64,000 nucleotides of DNA from Candidatus Latescibacterota bacterium. GTDB taxonomy: Bacteria > Latescibacterota > UBA2968 > GCA-2709665. A program made the position numbers and the translations under genes. The stretch spans positions 96,001-160,000 of the forward strand of contig CAXXXF010000003.1 of NCBI GenBank assembly GCA_963667175.2. Direction: 5' to 3'. Under the pieces are notes generated by a model. The model saw only the letters and a program-made list of their open reading frames with translations, ran no database searches and was not told the DNA's origin. The stretch's first letter is position 1. Each line of letters begins with the position of its first letter. Shown one piece after another: positions 47,801-57,002 of this stretch.

Positions 47801-48055
47801 TGCGACGTCCCGATCGCGTTTGCCTGGGGTTTCAACAACAGCGGTGACAAGGGTGAATACAGGGGGAAGATGCTGCGTACCGAGGACGGGTCGTTCGCAT
47901 CCCGGATCGTCGAACTGCTGGCGTTCAAGAAGATCCGGCTGGAGTCGGTTGCGGGGCTGCGAGAGGGCCTGCGCTTTGAGATTCTGGACTTCAAACCGGG
48001 CGATCGGATCTCGATTCCGAATTCCGGGTGCGCGGTTCTGTCACGCAGACGCTGA
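44861..48055 (+). CDS. Heparinase II/III-like protein with N-terminal Cys-rich (Zn-ribbon-like) insert
   Basis: LALAYAITGE, FQNHEL, DGGYYENSEMY, VVLRSG, EDVGY, SHAMVTVD and YTLDLF.VAGG..HDY; C...CC...C...CGEC cluster. Confidence 0.75.
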   Translation: MLTVDHNAPACAALAAAGRPAPRPGRSIWYTVDGIHRARKNIRTQEWAAKEWVRISEVAERWVRVSDEDVLALVPDRGSIFCSGRNGSPCCKAAWRCELSRPRRAFCGECGREYPETGKGSPFRDEGRGFYYEGKWFAPAPVWNSFVVSMLSTYSYGSGGPTDNALLNLALAYAITGETRFGEKALLIYDALATLAPTTLGPLDIPEGEDREMGRMHAETCHVNRQRFVDMQAYDLISGLPAMDGISPTRGDRRISIRENIAEGMLDDYIMTEGGGYNLREGNLTHFQNHELDGFRALLSIGLATGRPDFITWAGGAFRSFLDNVLGRDGGYYENSEMYAYFSGTLMQDVAELMYHYDPGKYVSPEDFPAAEELMGLKNAFDHPRLVRLCLEYTELIRACGRIPSYGNTNALPGYWPPSERQVMPSHWSLLERLYFRSDNAETRVQVKDMMLDLSDGAAENVRNGTWALFNTEPGPAGEEGAGPACGSSFVGHKGVVVLRSGTGDRSRALIVRGGANLLSQDDQLAVFLYDRGRTVIEDVGYALAGSHVHKGWGMRAISHAMVTVDEDIPTSQGYEFVPSADLVAFEDMGGVKIAEYSAPLSRIHQGATEYRRALIFCDVDEETSYTLDLFLVAGGRIHDYAMNGPRFFEGDCGAYTLEGVSPEAREGVWTLAALGTMEGSEEANAPGKSWGERIGPNDRIQGVAAPDGSPLPYGWLPPPGNGYAFIHDVKTAALERDAYAHWRFGDALDTRFGVLFPADSAATLIAAKGPDLRGEQQIERLIVRREGQKLRSLFFSVFEAFSGSRNVVGATVLARDAEAGNAAVRVELADGRRDTVLFSRDGRMELEDPEGAPIALAGRFGVVREGIGEVALFLAEGTRLRFGDAATTLPQARFEARIADMDADAETVQIDRGLPGGMGLEDRLCRVESGEPEAPYSHRSGYRVVAAEGGETARLALQHGDPRLARGTVMSVEAPDILHCDVPIAFAWGFNNSGDKGEYRGKMLRTEDGSFASRIVELLAFKKIRLESVAGLREGLRFEILDFKPGDRISIPNSGCAVLSRRR

Positions 48056-48265
48056 TACCGGATCCACAACCCGCTGTCGCGGCCCTCTGCGCGGCGTAGA
48101 GATCCGATACGGCCGCCCTTTTTCCTTCTAATTTCCCCGATTATTCGATATTATGCACGGCAGCGGACTTTAGCAACGCGGTGTTGGCCGAAGTGACACT
48201 CGGCATGATCGGTCGTTCCAGCGACAGTGCTCGCCAAACCCTTCCACGTCAACCGGGAGACGGCC

Positions 48266-50230
48266 ATGCAGCAAACACAGCCGGAATCACATCCTGAAGC
48301 GACTGCCGGTCCGGAACGATGGGGCGTCACCGTGAGAGCGGTCGTCATCGGGCTTGGCGTTGCCCTCTTCATTCAGGGCTGGGGCATCTTTTCGAGCCGG
48401 GTGATCCGGTCGTCCGGCGTGACGGCCGGTTTTCTTTCACCGGCCCTGTTCATTGCGATCCTGCTCGTCCTGTTCGTCCTGAATCCCTTCCTGAAGCGGG
48501 TCGTTCGGTCCGCGGGGCTGAGCCTCGCGGAGATGCTGACGATTTTCGCGATGGGGTTGATGGGCGGCGCTCCCATCGCGCTCCTGTACGCCTTTATCAC
48601 GATTCCCTACTACCTGGCCACCCCTGAAAACCAGTGGGGCAACCTCCTGCACCCGAACCTGCCCTCCTGGGTCGCGCCCCTCGACGTGGACGGCGCCGTC
48701 ACGCTTCTGTTCAACGGCCTGCCGAACGGGCAGGGTACGATACCATGGGGGGCATGGGTCGTGCCCATGTTCTGGTGGGTGCTTCTGTTCTGCGTGCTGG
48801 CATTCGCCGCGGCTTCGATTTCCGTAGTACTCCGGAAACAGTGGGTGGAACACGAGCGGCTGCGGTACCCGGTACTGGAACCGATCGTGGAGATGGCCAG
48901 AGGCTCGGAATCCGGCGGGTGGTGGCCGCAGTTCGCCCGCGGAAAGCTGTTCTGGTTCGGGGCAGGGTTCGCGTTCGTCTTCATCTTCTGGAATGCGCTG
49001 CCCTGGATCTCTCCCGCCTTTCCCGAGATGCCGGTACGCGGGCGGGTGTACGCCTTCTTCGGGCGGGATATGCCGCCCATGTTCAGCTATATCGATCCGT
49101 TTTCATTCGCGTTCTCCTATTTTGCAAATCTGGACGTCCTGTTCAGCGTGTGGTTCTTCTTCGCCGTGTTCGTTCTGGAATTCGGGGTTTTCAACCGGCT
49201 GGGCTACAGCATCGGCGGCAGAGGCGACCGGTACGGATCTTACGATGCCGCGTCGAGCTGGCAGGGTCTGGGCGCGTTCTGCGTCTTCGTGTTATTCGGT
49301 CTGTGGATGGCCAGGCGCCACCTGAAGGACGTGCTGATGAAGGCGTGGCGGTCGGACCATTCCGTGGACGATTCGCGGGAGATGCTGTCGTACCGGACCG
49401 CGGTCGTGGGCGTTGTGGTGGGATTCGTCTTCGCGGTCGTGTGGCTGAACCGGGCGGGGATGGACCTGCAGATGGCCATTCCGCTCGTGGCGATGCTTTT
49501 CGTTCTCTACATCGGCGTCGCGCGGATCATCGCCGAGTCGGGACTGCTGTACGTGCAAGGGCCGATGACGGCGCAGAGCTTTTCGGTGTATCTGCTGGGC
49601 GCGAAAGCGGTGTCGCCGTCGAGCCTGACCACGCTTCTGTTTTCCTATCCGATCCACGCGAATTCGACCTCGCAGATGTCGCACGTGGCCAAGGTGGGCG
49701 AGCAGATCCGGGACAGGGGACGGCGGCTGTTCTGGGCGGTGGGCCTGTCGTTCTTGGCGACAACCCTGATCGTGATCGTCGGGACACTCTATCTGGGCTA
49801 TACCCGCGGCGCCGAGAATTTCGGACACGGCTTCATCTGCGGGGGTGTGCACAATTTCCCGGATACCGTGAGCAAGATCAAGGAGCCGTTCGACGTCGAC
49901 TGGAACCGGATCATGTTCTTCGGTATCGGCGCAGCGGTTATGGTCGTCCTCACGTTTCTCCGGTACCGGTTTCCGTGGTGGCCGATCCATCCGGTCGGGT
50001 TCGCCATCATGGGGACGGATCTCGTACGGAATTTCGCGCTGACGCTGTTTCTGGCGTGGGCGTGCAAGACGGTGATCCTGCGGGTTGGCGGAAACACCAT
50101 GTTCAGACAGGCGCAGCCGTTCTTCCTCGGGCTGCTGGTGGGGCACGTCCTGGGAATAACCGGAGCGTTCCTCGTGGATATGTTCCTGTTCCCTGGAGCC
50201 GGACATAGCATTCACCCGTGGATAGAATAA
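48266..50230 (+). CDS. DUF6785/DUF6784-like polytopic membrane protein (putative transporter), copy 1
   Basis: Many TM helices; YYLATPENQW, PWGAW..P..WW, RKQWVEHERLRYP, RIIAESG, WWPIHPVGF and PFFLGLLVG. Confidence 0.78.
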   Translation: MQQTQPESHPEATAGPERWGVTVRAVVIGLGVALFIQGWGIFSSRVIRSSGVTAGFLSPALFIAILLVLFVLNPFLKRVVRSAGLSLAEMLTIFAMGLMGGAPIALLYAFITIPYYLATPENQWGNLLHPNLPSWVAPLDVDGAVTLLFNGLPNGQGTIPWGAWVVPMFWWVLLFCVLAFAAASISVVLRKQWVEHERLRYPVLEPIVEMARGSESGGWWPQFARGKLFWFGAGFAFVFIFWNALPWISPAFPEMPVRGRVYAFFGRDMPPMFSYIDPFSFAFSYFANLDVLFSVWFFFAVFVLEFGVFNRLGYSIGGRGDRYGSYDAASSWQGLGAFCVFVLFGLWMARRHLKDVLMKAWRSDHSVDDSREMLSYRTAVVGVVVGFVFAVVWLNRAGMDLQMAIPLVAMLFVLYIGVARIIAESGLLYVQGPMTAQSFSVYLLGAKAVSPSSLTTLLFSYPIHANSTSQMSHVAKVGEQIRDRGRRLFWAVGLSFLATTLIVIVGTLYLGYTRGAENFGHGFICGGVHNFPDTVSKIKEPFDVDWNRIMFFGIGAAVMVVLTFLRYRFPWWPIHPVGFAIMGTDLVRNFALTLFLAWACKTVILRVGGNTMFRQAQPFFLGLLVGHVLGITGAFLVDMFLFPGAGHSIHPWIE

Positions 50231-50248
50231 GAAGCTGTACGGGGATGG

Positions 50249-53200
50249 ATGATGTTTGACGTGATCAAGAGGATTCTTCTCGTTCTGCTGACGCTGGCCG
50301 TCCTCGCACTCGTGGTCGTGTTCGATCCCGAGGAAGTTTCCGACGTGATGCGGGATACGCTGAGAATTCACCAGTTGGCGCCAGGGGAGCAGGCGCGCGG
50401 CGATCTGTCGGCCGAGGACCGTGCGGTTCGACGGGTCGTGGATGCGATCACCGAAGACGACGTCCGCTCTCACGTGGCGTCATTGACCGGGATGCCGTCG
50501 CGCGTGGTCGGGTACGGCGGGGAACGGCAGGCGCGGGACTATATCGTTTCGCAGTTCGAGGCGCTGGGTCTGGAGCGAATCACGACGGAGCCCTTCGACG
50601 TGACCGTGCCGATCGACCTCGGCGGCGTCCTGAAGGTGACGGCAACGGGCAGGGAGATACCCATATACGGACTCTGGCCGAACGACGTCCGGACGCCGAC
50701 GCTTCCGGCCGAAGGAATAGAGGGGTCTCTGATCTACGGGCGGCGCGGGGAGTTTGCGGATTTCAACGGGTCGGTTGTGGACGGCAGCGTGGTCTTGATG
50801 GATTTCGGTTGCGGGCAGAACTATGTGAATGCAATGACCCTCGGCGCGAAGGCGATTCTGTTCTTCGACGATGGGAACGTCACACGCGGGGAGGCGGAGG
50901 ACAAGTTTCTGGAGGTGCCCGTGAACGTGCCCCGGTTCTGGATAGACAGGGAGGAGGCGCGTCGCCTTCTCGAGGAAATTCAGCGCGGGGACGTCAGGGT
51001 CCGCCTCACGGCGCGGATGGACTGGAAAACGGTGGAGGCTGCCAATGTGTACGGCTACCTGCCGGGTTCCGAGGAGCGCATTCCCGGAGGAACCGGCATC
51101 AGGTGGAAGGACAGGCTGATTGTGGTCGGCGCGTACTACGACGCCATGTCGGTGGTGCCGGCCCTGGCCCCGGGGGCGGAAAGCGCCTCCGGCGTCGCCG
51201 CGCTACTCGAGGTGATCCGTTCGCTGAAGTTGCATGGTTCCCGGTATTCCTTCCTCTTTCTGGCGACGTCTGCGCACTTCGAGGGCCTTTCGGGAATCAA
51301 CGATTTCCTCTTCAGACATTCCCGGCGAAGCGATTATTTCAGGGACCGGATCCCCGAAGGCGACCGGATCGACTTCAGCCTGTTCGTCGGGCTGGACCTG
51401 TCCAGCCGCAGCAGACAGGTGGGCGGATTCGCAATGGGGACCTTCTACAACGCCCGTAAGGGGACGGACGAATACCTGAAGAACCTGCTGACGCCGTATT
51501 CCCACCGGTTCCGCGAATACAGCCGGGCGCTCTTCCCTGATGATGCGCGCTACGTGGACGTGGTGGCGCCGGCCAAGCGGCCATGGACGTCGTACATGCC
51601 GGTTCCCCTGGCCCTGGAAAGCGAGGCCGCGGTATTCGTCGGCCAGGAGGCGATGACGCTGGTCACCCTGTACGACGGTCGCGTTCGCACCGACACCCCG
51701 CTCGATCTTCCGGAGGCGATGGCCTTCGACCGCCTGACCGACCAGGTGCGGTCCGTGGCGGCTATGATGATCAGGGCGGGGAACGACCCGGGCTTCTTCC
51801 GGGAGACCCAGCTTCGGCTGATGGACCGCGGGCACCGTCTCTCCGGGCGAATCCTCTGGTTCGACCGGGACGTGGACTTCGCGATTCCCAGGGTGCCGGT
51901 TCCCGGCGCGCTGGTGACGTACAAGCAGCCGGGGCCGGGCAGCCTGGCCGGCGTCCGGACGCTGATGGTCACGCAGGCCACCAGGGGTCCGATCTATGAA
52001 GGCGCGCGCGCCCGCGGGCCTCGTTTCGGTTCCAGGGAGGAAGTGGCGCGGACCGGCCGGTTTGCGTTCGACGTCGTGAGGAACCGGTTTTCGAATCAGA
52101 TTCTGGCGTACGAGATCGACGCGGAGGGGCGGATTGTCTCGGCGCCTGACATGGGCCGTGAAGGCGCCGGCTCGGATGGCAGAGAGGGGAAGTATCCCCT
52201 GCTTCAGGGATACGGCTGGTGGGACAACCAGATGATGGGCGTGCTGTTCAGGTGCCGGTCGCTGAGCCTGTTCGAGATTGTGGATTCCAGCTATCTTTCG
52301 GTGCTGGATCACATGAAGGTGCTGGGGAGGGACAACAGCGAGCCGATCGAGTACGGATTCCGATACGTGGCCAACCAGGGCCGGAAGGAGGGGAAGGTCA
52401 CGCAGGCGTCGGTGGCATTCGCGCCGCCCGGGGAGCGGATCAAGATCCTGATGAGCAGCGGGCTGTTCGGAATCAAGTACCTGCTGATCAACGCGCCGGA
52501 AGACCTGTTGACCGATCCCGTGGCGCCGCGACAGGTGAACGCGGCAACCGTGAAGCGGTCCATGGGCGCCGGCTACGTCCCGGACGGAGATGCGATTTCC
52601 CTGCCGTCATACAGGGCGGCGCGGGATATGTGGATCGTGGACGACGTGCGGATGAAGCAGCTGGCGCGTTATGGTGTGGAAAACCAGCGGCTTTCCCGGT
52701 TGCACGACCGGGCCCGGGAGTCTCTGCTCGAAGCGGAACGCCACCTGGAAAACCGCCAATATGACCGGTTCATCGCATCGGCCAGGGAGGGCTGGGGGCT
52801 CGAGGCGCGAGGGTATCCCGAGGTCAAAGAGACGGCCAACGACACGGTCCGGGGCGTCATCTTCTATTTCGTCCTGCTGCTGCCGTTCTCGTTCTTCTGC
52901 GAGCGGCTGTTTTTCGGCTTTCCCGACGTCCAGAGGAGAATTATCGGATTTGCCGGAATTCTCATCGCCATGTTTCTGGCCCTGCGGTGGGTGCATCCCG
53001 CGTTTCAGCTGTCGGGGTCTCCATATATCATCTTTCTCGCCTTCGTGATCCTGTGTCTGGGCGGTGTGGCCATGGTGATCGTGGTGTCCAGGTTCGCGGA
53101 GCAGGTGCGGCGGCTGAAGCAGTCGGCGACGGGGGTCTACGAAGAGGACGTGGGGCGGATTTCGGCTACGATCGTGGCCTTTACGCTGGGGGTTTCGAAT

Positions 53201-54964
53201 CTGAGAAAGCGGCCGCTGCGCAGCGGCCTGACCGCGGTGACGCTGACCCTGTTGACCTTTACGGTGCTTTCGTTTACTTCGGTTCAGACGTATCTGCGTT
53301 TCTACAAGCTGCCGAGGGACAACCGGCCGCCCTACGAGGGTGCGCTGGTGAGAGACCGGAACTGGAGAGGGCTGCAGCCCTCCGTACTGACCTATATCCG
53401 GAGCCACTTCGGGGGTTTCGCCCGGGTCGCGCCCCGGGCATTTTACATTTCGGAAAAGCGCGGCGAGCGGGCCTACGTCGACTTCGAGGAACCGGAGAGC
53501 GGCCGGCGGAGTTTCGCGAACGGCTTGCTGGGAGTATCGCCGCAGGAACCGGAGGTGCTGGGCATTGACCGGCTGCTGACGGCCGGCCGGTGGTTCCGGG
53601 AGGGCGAGCGCCACGCGGTCATCCTCCCGGGAGAACTGGCGGAACTCGTAGGAATCACCCGCGCGGACGTGGAAGCCGGCGGGGCGCGTGTGCGCATGCT
53701 GGGGGTGGAGCTTGCCGTTGTCGGCATTCTGGACTCCCGGGCCGTCGACAGGCTTGAGGACATGGACGACGAACGGTTGACGCCCATCGACACGACGATG
53801 GAGACCGCGGGGACGAGCGACTGGCGCAACCTGAGCCAGGATCCGAGGCTGATGGGCGCGGAGCCGATCGAGGCGTTTATCCACCTGGATGCGAGCAATA
53901 CGGCGCTGCTTCCGTACGAGTTCGTGATCGAAATCGGGGGTACGCTCCGGTCGATTGCGATCACCGATTTCAGGGACGCGGAGGGCAACCCGAGCCGGGA
54001 GGTGCGGCGGCAGATCGAGGACTTCATGTCCCGGGTCGCGCTGACCATGTTCGTGGGTATCGACGACGAGGTGACGGTTTACAGTTCCATCGGGACCACC
54101 TCACTCTCCGGCATCGCGAATCTCTTCATCCCGCTGCTGATCGCCTCGCTCATCGTTCTGAATACGATGATGGGCGCGGTGTACGAGAGATTCCGCGAGA
54201 TCGGCGTCTACTCGGCGGTAGGTCTGGCGCCCAGCCACATATCCGCGCTCTTCCTGGCCGAGGCGGCGGTGTTCGCCACGCTGGGCGCCGCGTTCGGCTA
54301 CCTGATCGGCCAGGCGATGGCGATGTTCCTGTACGAACGCGGGGCGCTGGGCGGTCTGTCGCTGAACTATTCGTCGCTGTCCGCGGTTTCGTCGACCTTG
54401 CTCGTGATGCTGGCGGTGTTCCTGTCCACGCTCTATCCCGCCAGGAAAGCCGAGCAGATGTCGGTGCCCGACGTCACCCGGCGGTGGCAGTTTCCCCATC
54501 CCGACGGTGACGAATGGTCCTTCGACTTTCCGTTCACTCTGGCGGGATCCGAAGCCCTCGGGATGTATACCTATCTCTTTCGGTGTTTCGAGTCGTTCGG
54601 CGAAGGTTCCCTGGGCCGGTTCGTTTCGCGGAACGTGCGTTTCGGGTCCGAGCCGCTACCGGCCGGCACGGGGTATACGATCGCGCTGCGGATGTGGCTT
54701 GCGCCCTACGATATGGGGATCAGCCAGGACGTCCGGATGAATGCGGTCCCCACGGGAGAACACGATATCTACCGTATAGAGGTCCTGATCCATCGCCTGA
54801 GCGGAGACGTGAACTCCTGGCAGCGGGTGAACAGGGGTTTCCTGAACGACCTCCGCAAGCTCTTTCTGGTTTGGAAGACCATGCCTCCCGAAACCAGGGC
54901 GGACTACGCCAGGCAGGGCGAGGTTGAACTGGAAACGCCGGTGGGCCGTGCGGGCGTATCCTGA
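50249..54964 (+). CDS. PA-domain/M28-like ectodomain fused to a MacB/FtsX-like permease (1571 aa)
   Basis: N-terminal TM; GAYYDAMS..PGAESASGVAALLE (M28-like); central TM bundle, SNLRKRPLRSGLT; NTMMGAVYERFREIGVYSAVGLAP (FtsX); YPARKA. Confidence 0.82.
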   Translation: MMFDVIKRILLVLLTLAVLALVVVFDPEEVSDVMRDTLRIHQLAPGEQARGDLSAEDRAVRRVVDAITEDDVRSHVASLTGMPSRVVGYGGERQARDYIVSQFEALGLERITTEPFDVTVPIDLGGVLKVTATGREIPIYGLWPNDVRTPTLPAEGIEGSLIYGRRGEFADFNGSVVDGSVVLMDFGCGQNYVNAMTLGAKAILFFDDGNVTRGEAEDKFLEVPVNVPRFWIDREEARRLLEEIQRGDVRVRLTARMDWKTVEAANVYGYLPGSEERIPGGTGIRWKDRLIVVGAYYDAMSVVPALAPGAESASGVAALLEVIRSLKLHGSRYSFLFLATSAHFEGLSGINDFLFRHSRRSDYFRDRIPEGDRIDFSLFVGLDLSSRSRQVGGFAMGTFYNARKGTDEYLKNLLTPYSHRFREYSRALFPDDARYVDVVAPAKRPWTSYMPVPLALESEAAVFVGQEAMTLVTLYDGRVRTDTPLDLPEAMAFDRLTDQVRSVAAMMIRAGNDPGFFRETQLRLMDRGHRLSGRILWFDRDVDFAIPRVPVPGALVTYKQPGPGSLAGVRTLMVTQATRGPIYEGARARGPRFGSREEVARTGRFAFDVVRNRFSNQILAYEIDAEGRIVSAPDMGREGAGSDGREGKYPLLQGYGWWDNQMMGVLFRCRSLSLFEIVDSSYLSVLDHMKVLGRDNSEPIEYGFRYVANQGRKEGKVTQASVAFAPPGERIKILMSSGLFGIKYLLINAPEDLLTDPVAPRQVNAATVKRSMGAGYVPDGDAISLPSYRAARDMWIVDDVRMKQLARYGVENQRLSRLHDRARESLLEAERHLENRQYDRFIASAREGWGLEARGYPEVKETANDTVRGVIFYFVLLLPFSFFCERLFFGFPDVQRRIIGFAGILIAMFLALRWVHPAFQLSGSPYIIFLAFVILCLGGVAMVIVVSRFAEQVRRLKQSATGVYEEDVGRISATIVAFTLGVSNLRKRPLRSGLTAVTLTLLTFTVLSFTSVQTYLRFYKLPRDNRPPYEGALVRDRNWRGLQPSVLTYIRSHFGGFARVAPRAFYISEKRGERAYVDFEEPESGRRSFANGLLGVSPQEPEVLGIDRLLTAGRWFREGERHAVILPGELAELVGITRADVEAGGARVRMLGVELAVVGILDSRAVDRLEDMDDERLTPIDTTMETAGTSDWRNLSQDPRLMGAEPIEAFIHLDASNTALLPYEFVIEIGGTLRSIAITDFRDAEGNPSREVRRQIEDFMSRVALTMFVGIDDEVTVYSSIGTTSLSGIANLFIPLLIASLIVLNTMMGAVYERFREIGVYSAVGLAPSHISALFLAEAAVFATLGAAFGYLIGQAMAMFLYERGALGGLSLNYSSLSAVSSTLLVMLAVFLSTLYPARKAEQMSVPDVTRRWQFPHPDGDEWSFDFPFTLAGSEALGMYTYLFRCFESFGEGSLGRFVSRNVRFGSEPLPAGTGYTIALRMWLAPYDMGISQDVRMNAVPTGEHDIYRIEVLIHRLSGDVNSWQRVNRGFLNDLRKLFLVWKTMPPETRADYARQGEVELETPVGRAGVS

Positions 54965-54989
54965 TCGCGGCGGTTAAGGAACCCGACGA

Positions 54990-56957
54990 ATGGCGAAACC
55001 TGCCGGGCAACGCGAAGCCGAGGTAGCCGGCACGAAGTTGGCGATACGGGGGGTTTCGGCACGCGCCCTGAGCGTAGGCCTGTGCATTGCCGCCCTGCAC
55101 AATTTCTGGAGTCTGCACTCGCTCTATATCATCCGGGGATCGTGGCTGAACCGTACGCATTTCCCGATGGGCGTGTTCGTGCCGTTCCTGATCCTCGTCC
55201 TGGCAACCCCGGTCATCCGTCGGTTCGTTCCCAGAATGGCGATGTCCGGGCCCGAACTTCTGGTGGCGCTGTGTGCGGGTCTTGCGGGAGGTATGGTGCC
55301 GACGTTCGGTCTTTCCACGACCTGGATCGGCATGCTGGCCATTCCGCACTATCTCGCCACGCCCGAGAATCAATGGGGAGAGTACCTCCTGCCCAACGTG
55401 CCCGGGTGGATGGCGCCGTCCAACGCGCAGGGGGCCATGAGATGGCTCTTCGAGGGTCTCCCGCCCGGCGAAGGGGTTCCCTGGGGCGAATGGGCCGCCC
55501 CTCTGTTCTGGTGGACGGCGCTACTGGGCGGGTTGGCGCTGGTTTCCTTCTGTACGGTCGCGGTTCTGCACCGGCAGTGGTCGGGGCACGAACGGCTGGC
55601 CTATCCCATTCCCTCGGTGGCCGGGGACATGGCGGAAGGGGCCGAGGGCAGAGGCGAATGGGCCGGATTGTTGCGGAACCGTTTGTTCATTGCGGGATTG
55701 TCGGCCGCGCTGGCGATCAAAATCTGGAACCTGGCGCCCGCGTTCGTGCACGGGCTTCCGATGATCCGTTTGTTTCACCAGCAGCTGTGGGTGTACTTCA
55801 CACAGTACTCCATGGTCCACGTGAGCCTGAATTTCTATACGATCGGGTTCGCGTATATGACGGGCCTGGACCTGCTGCTTAGTATCTGGCTGTTTCATCT
55901 CCTTTACATTATGGAGATCGCGGCGTTCGCCCGGATCGGACTGGGCATTGCGGGATTCTCCGGCGGGGACGTGTCGTGGCAGGGCGGCGGCGCGATGATG
56001 TGCTACGTGGGCCTGGCCCTGTGGACGGCCCGGGGGCACCTCGGTCGCGTGGTGCGGCGGGCGCTGGGCCGGACCGGCGGCGCGGAAGACGCCGGGGAGC
56101 TGATGCGGTACCGGTGGGCGGTGTGGGGTTTGGTTCTGGGGGTGGCCTTTGTCATCTGCTGGTTGCGGATGGCCGGTATGGGGGTGCTTCTGGCCACGGC
56201 GTTGACGGTGTTGCTGTTCACGAGCTACCTGGGTCTCGCGCGGATTGTGGCGCAGACCGGCCTGCTCTACGTCAACCTGCCCCAGAGCGGCCAGGGGCTC
56301 ATTCTGGGGGCCGTGGGCGCGGCGTCCATTCCGGCGCCCGGTCTCACGGCCATGGCGTTTACCAATGTCTTCGCCAATGATCACATGGGCCTGTTCATGC
56401 CCGCTTTCGCGCAGATTGCGAAATTGGCCGAACGGGTGGAGCGCCACCGAAGGCGGCTGGGATGGGTTGTGGCGCTGGGCCTGCTCGTCAGCATTGCGAC
56501 GTCGGTGGGGCTGACGCTCTATTGGGGGTATTCCGGCGGGGCGTACAATTTCGGCAGTATCGCGCTCTTCCGGCGGACGGTCCCCAGCGTGAACGGGTAC
56601 GTGAGCCATATGCGCAGCCCCGATCCCGTTTACGCGGCGCCGTTTGTTCTCTTCGCGGCCGGCGCGGCGGGGATGGCCCTGCTGGCGTTCCTGCGATACC
56701 GGTTCAACTGGTGGCCGGTGCACCCGGCGGGGCTGGCCGTGGGCTATACCGGCATGACGAGGCACGCGGCCTTCAGCATCTTCGCTGCCTGGATCTGCAA
56801 GTTTATTGTGATCAAAACCGGCGGCATGCTGCTTTACCGGCGGACCGTGCCGTTCTTTATCGGGACCATTGTCGGATACGCGTTGTCCGTTCCCCTGGGT
56901 TACGTGCTGGACGTGATCTTTTTCCACGGGCAGGGGCACGCCGTACACGCGTATTGA
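54990..56957 (+). CDS. DUF6785/DUF6784-like polytopic membrane protein, copy 2
   Basis: HYLATPENQW, PWGEWAAPLFWW, RQWSGHERLAYP, RIVAQTG, WWPVHPAG and PFFIG; paralog of 48266-50230. Confidence 0.78.
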   Translation: MAKPAGQREAEVAGTKLAIRGVSARALSVGLCIAALHNFWSLHSLYIIRGSWLNRTHFPMGVFVPFLILVLATPVIRRFVPRMAMSGPELLVALCAGLAGGMVPTFGLSTTWIGMLAIPHYLATPENQWGEYLLPNVPGWMAPSNAQGAMRWLFEGLPPGEGVPWGEWAAPLFWWTALLGGLALVSFCTVAVLHRQWSGHERLAYPIPSVAGDMAEGAEGRGEWAGLLRNRLFIAGLSAALAIKIWNLAPAFVHGLPMIRLFHQQLWVYFTQYSMVHVSLNFYTIGFAYMTGLDLLLSIWLFHLLYIMEIAAFARIGLGIAGFSGGDVSWQGGGAMMCYVGLALWTARGHLGRVVRRALGRTGGAEDAGELMRYRWAVWGLVLGVAFVICWLRMAGMGVLLATALTVLLFTSYLGLARIVAQTGLLYVNLPQSGQGLILGAVGAASIPAPGLTAMAFTNVFANDHMGLFMPAFAQIAKLAERVERHRRRLGWVVALGLLVSIATSVGLTLYWGYSGGAYNFGSIALFRRTVPSVNGYVSHMRSPDPVYAAPFVLFAAGAAGMALLAFLRYRFNWWPVHPAGLAVGYTGMTRHAAFSIFAAWICKFIVIKTGGMLLYRRTVPFFIGTIVGYALSVPLGYVLDVIFFHGQGHAVHAY

Positions 56958-57002
56958 CGCAAATGGCAGGCCAACGCCTCGCCTGAAGGAGGGTATGATC
57001 CG

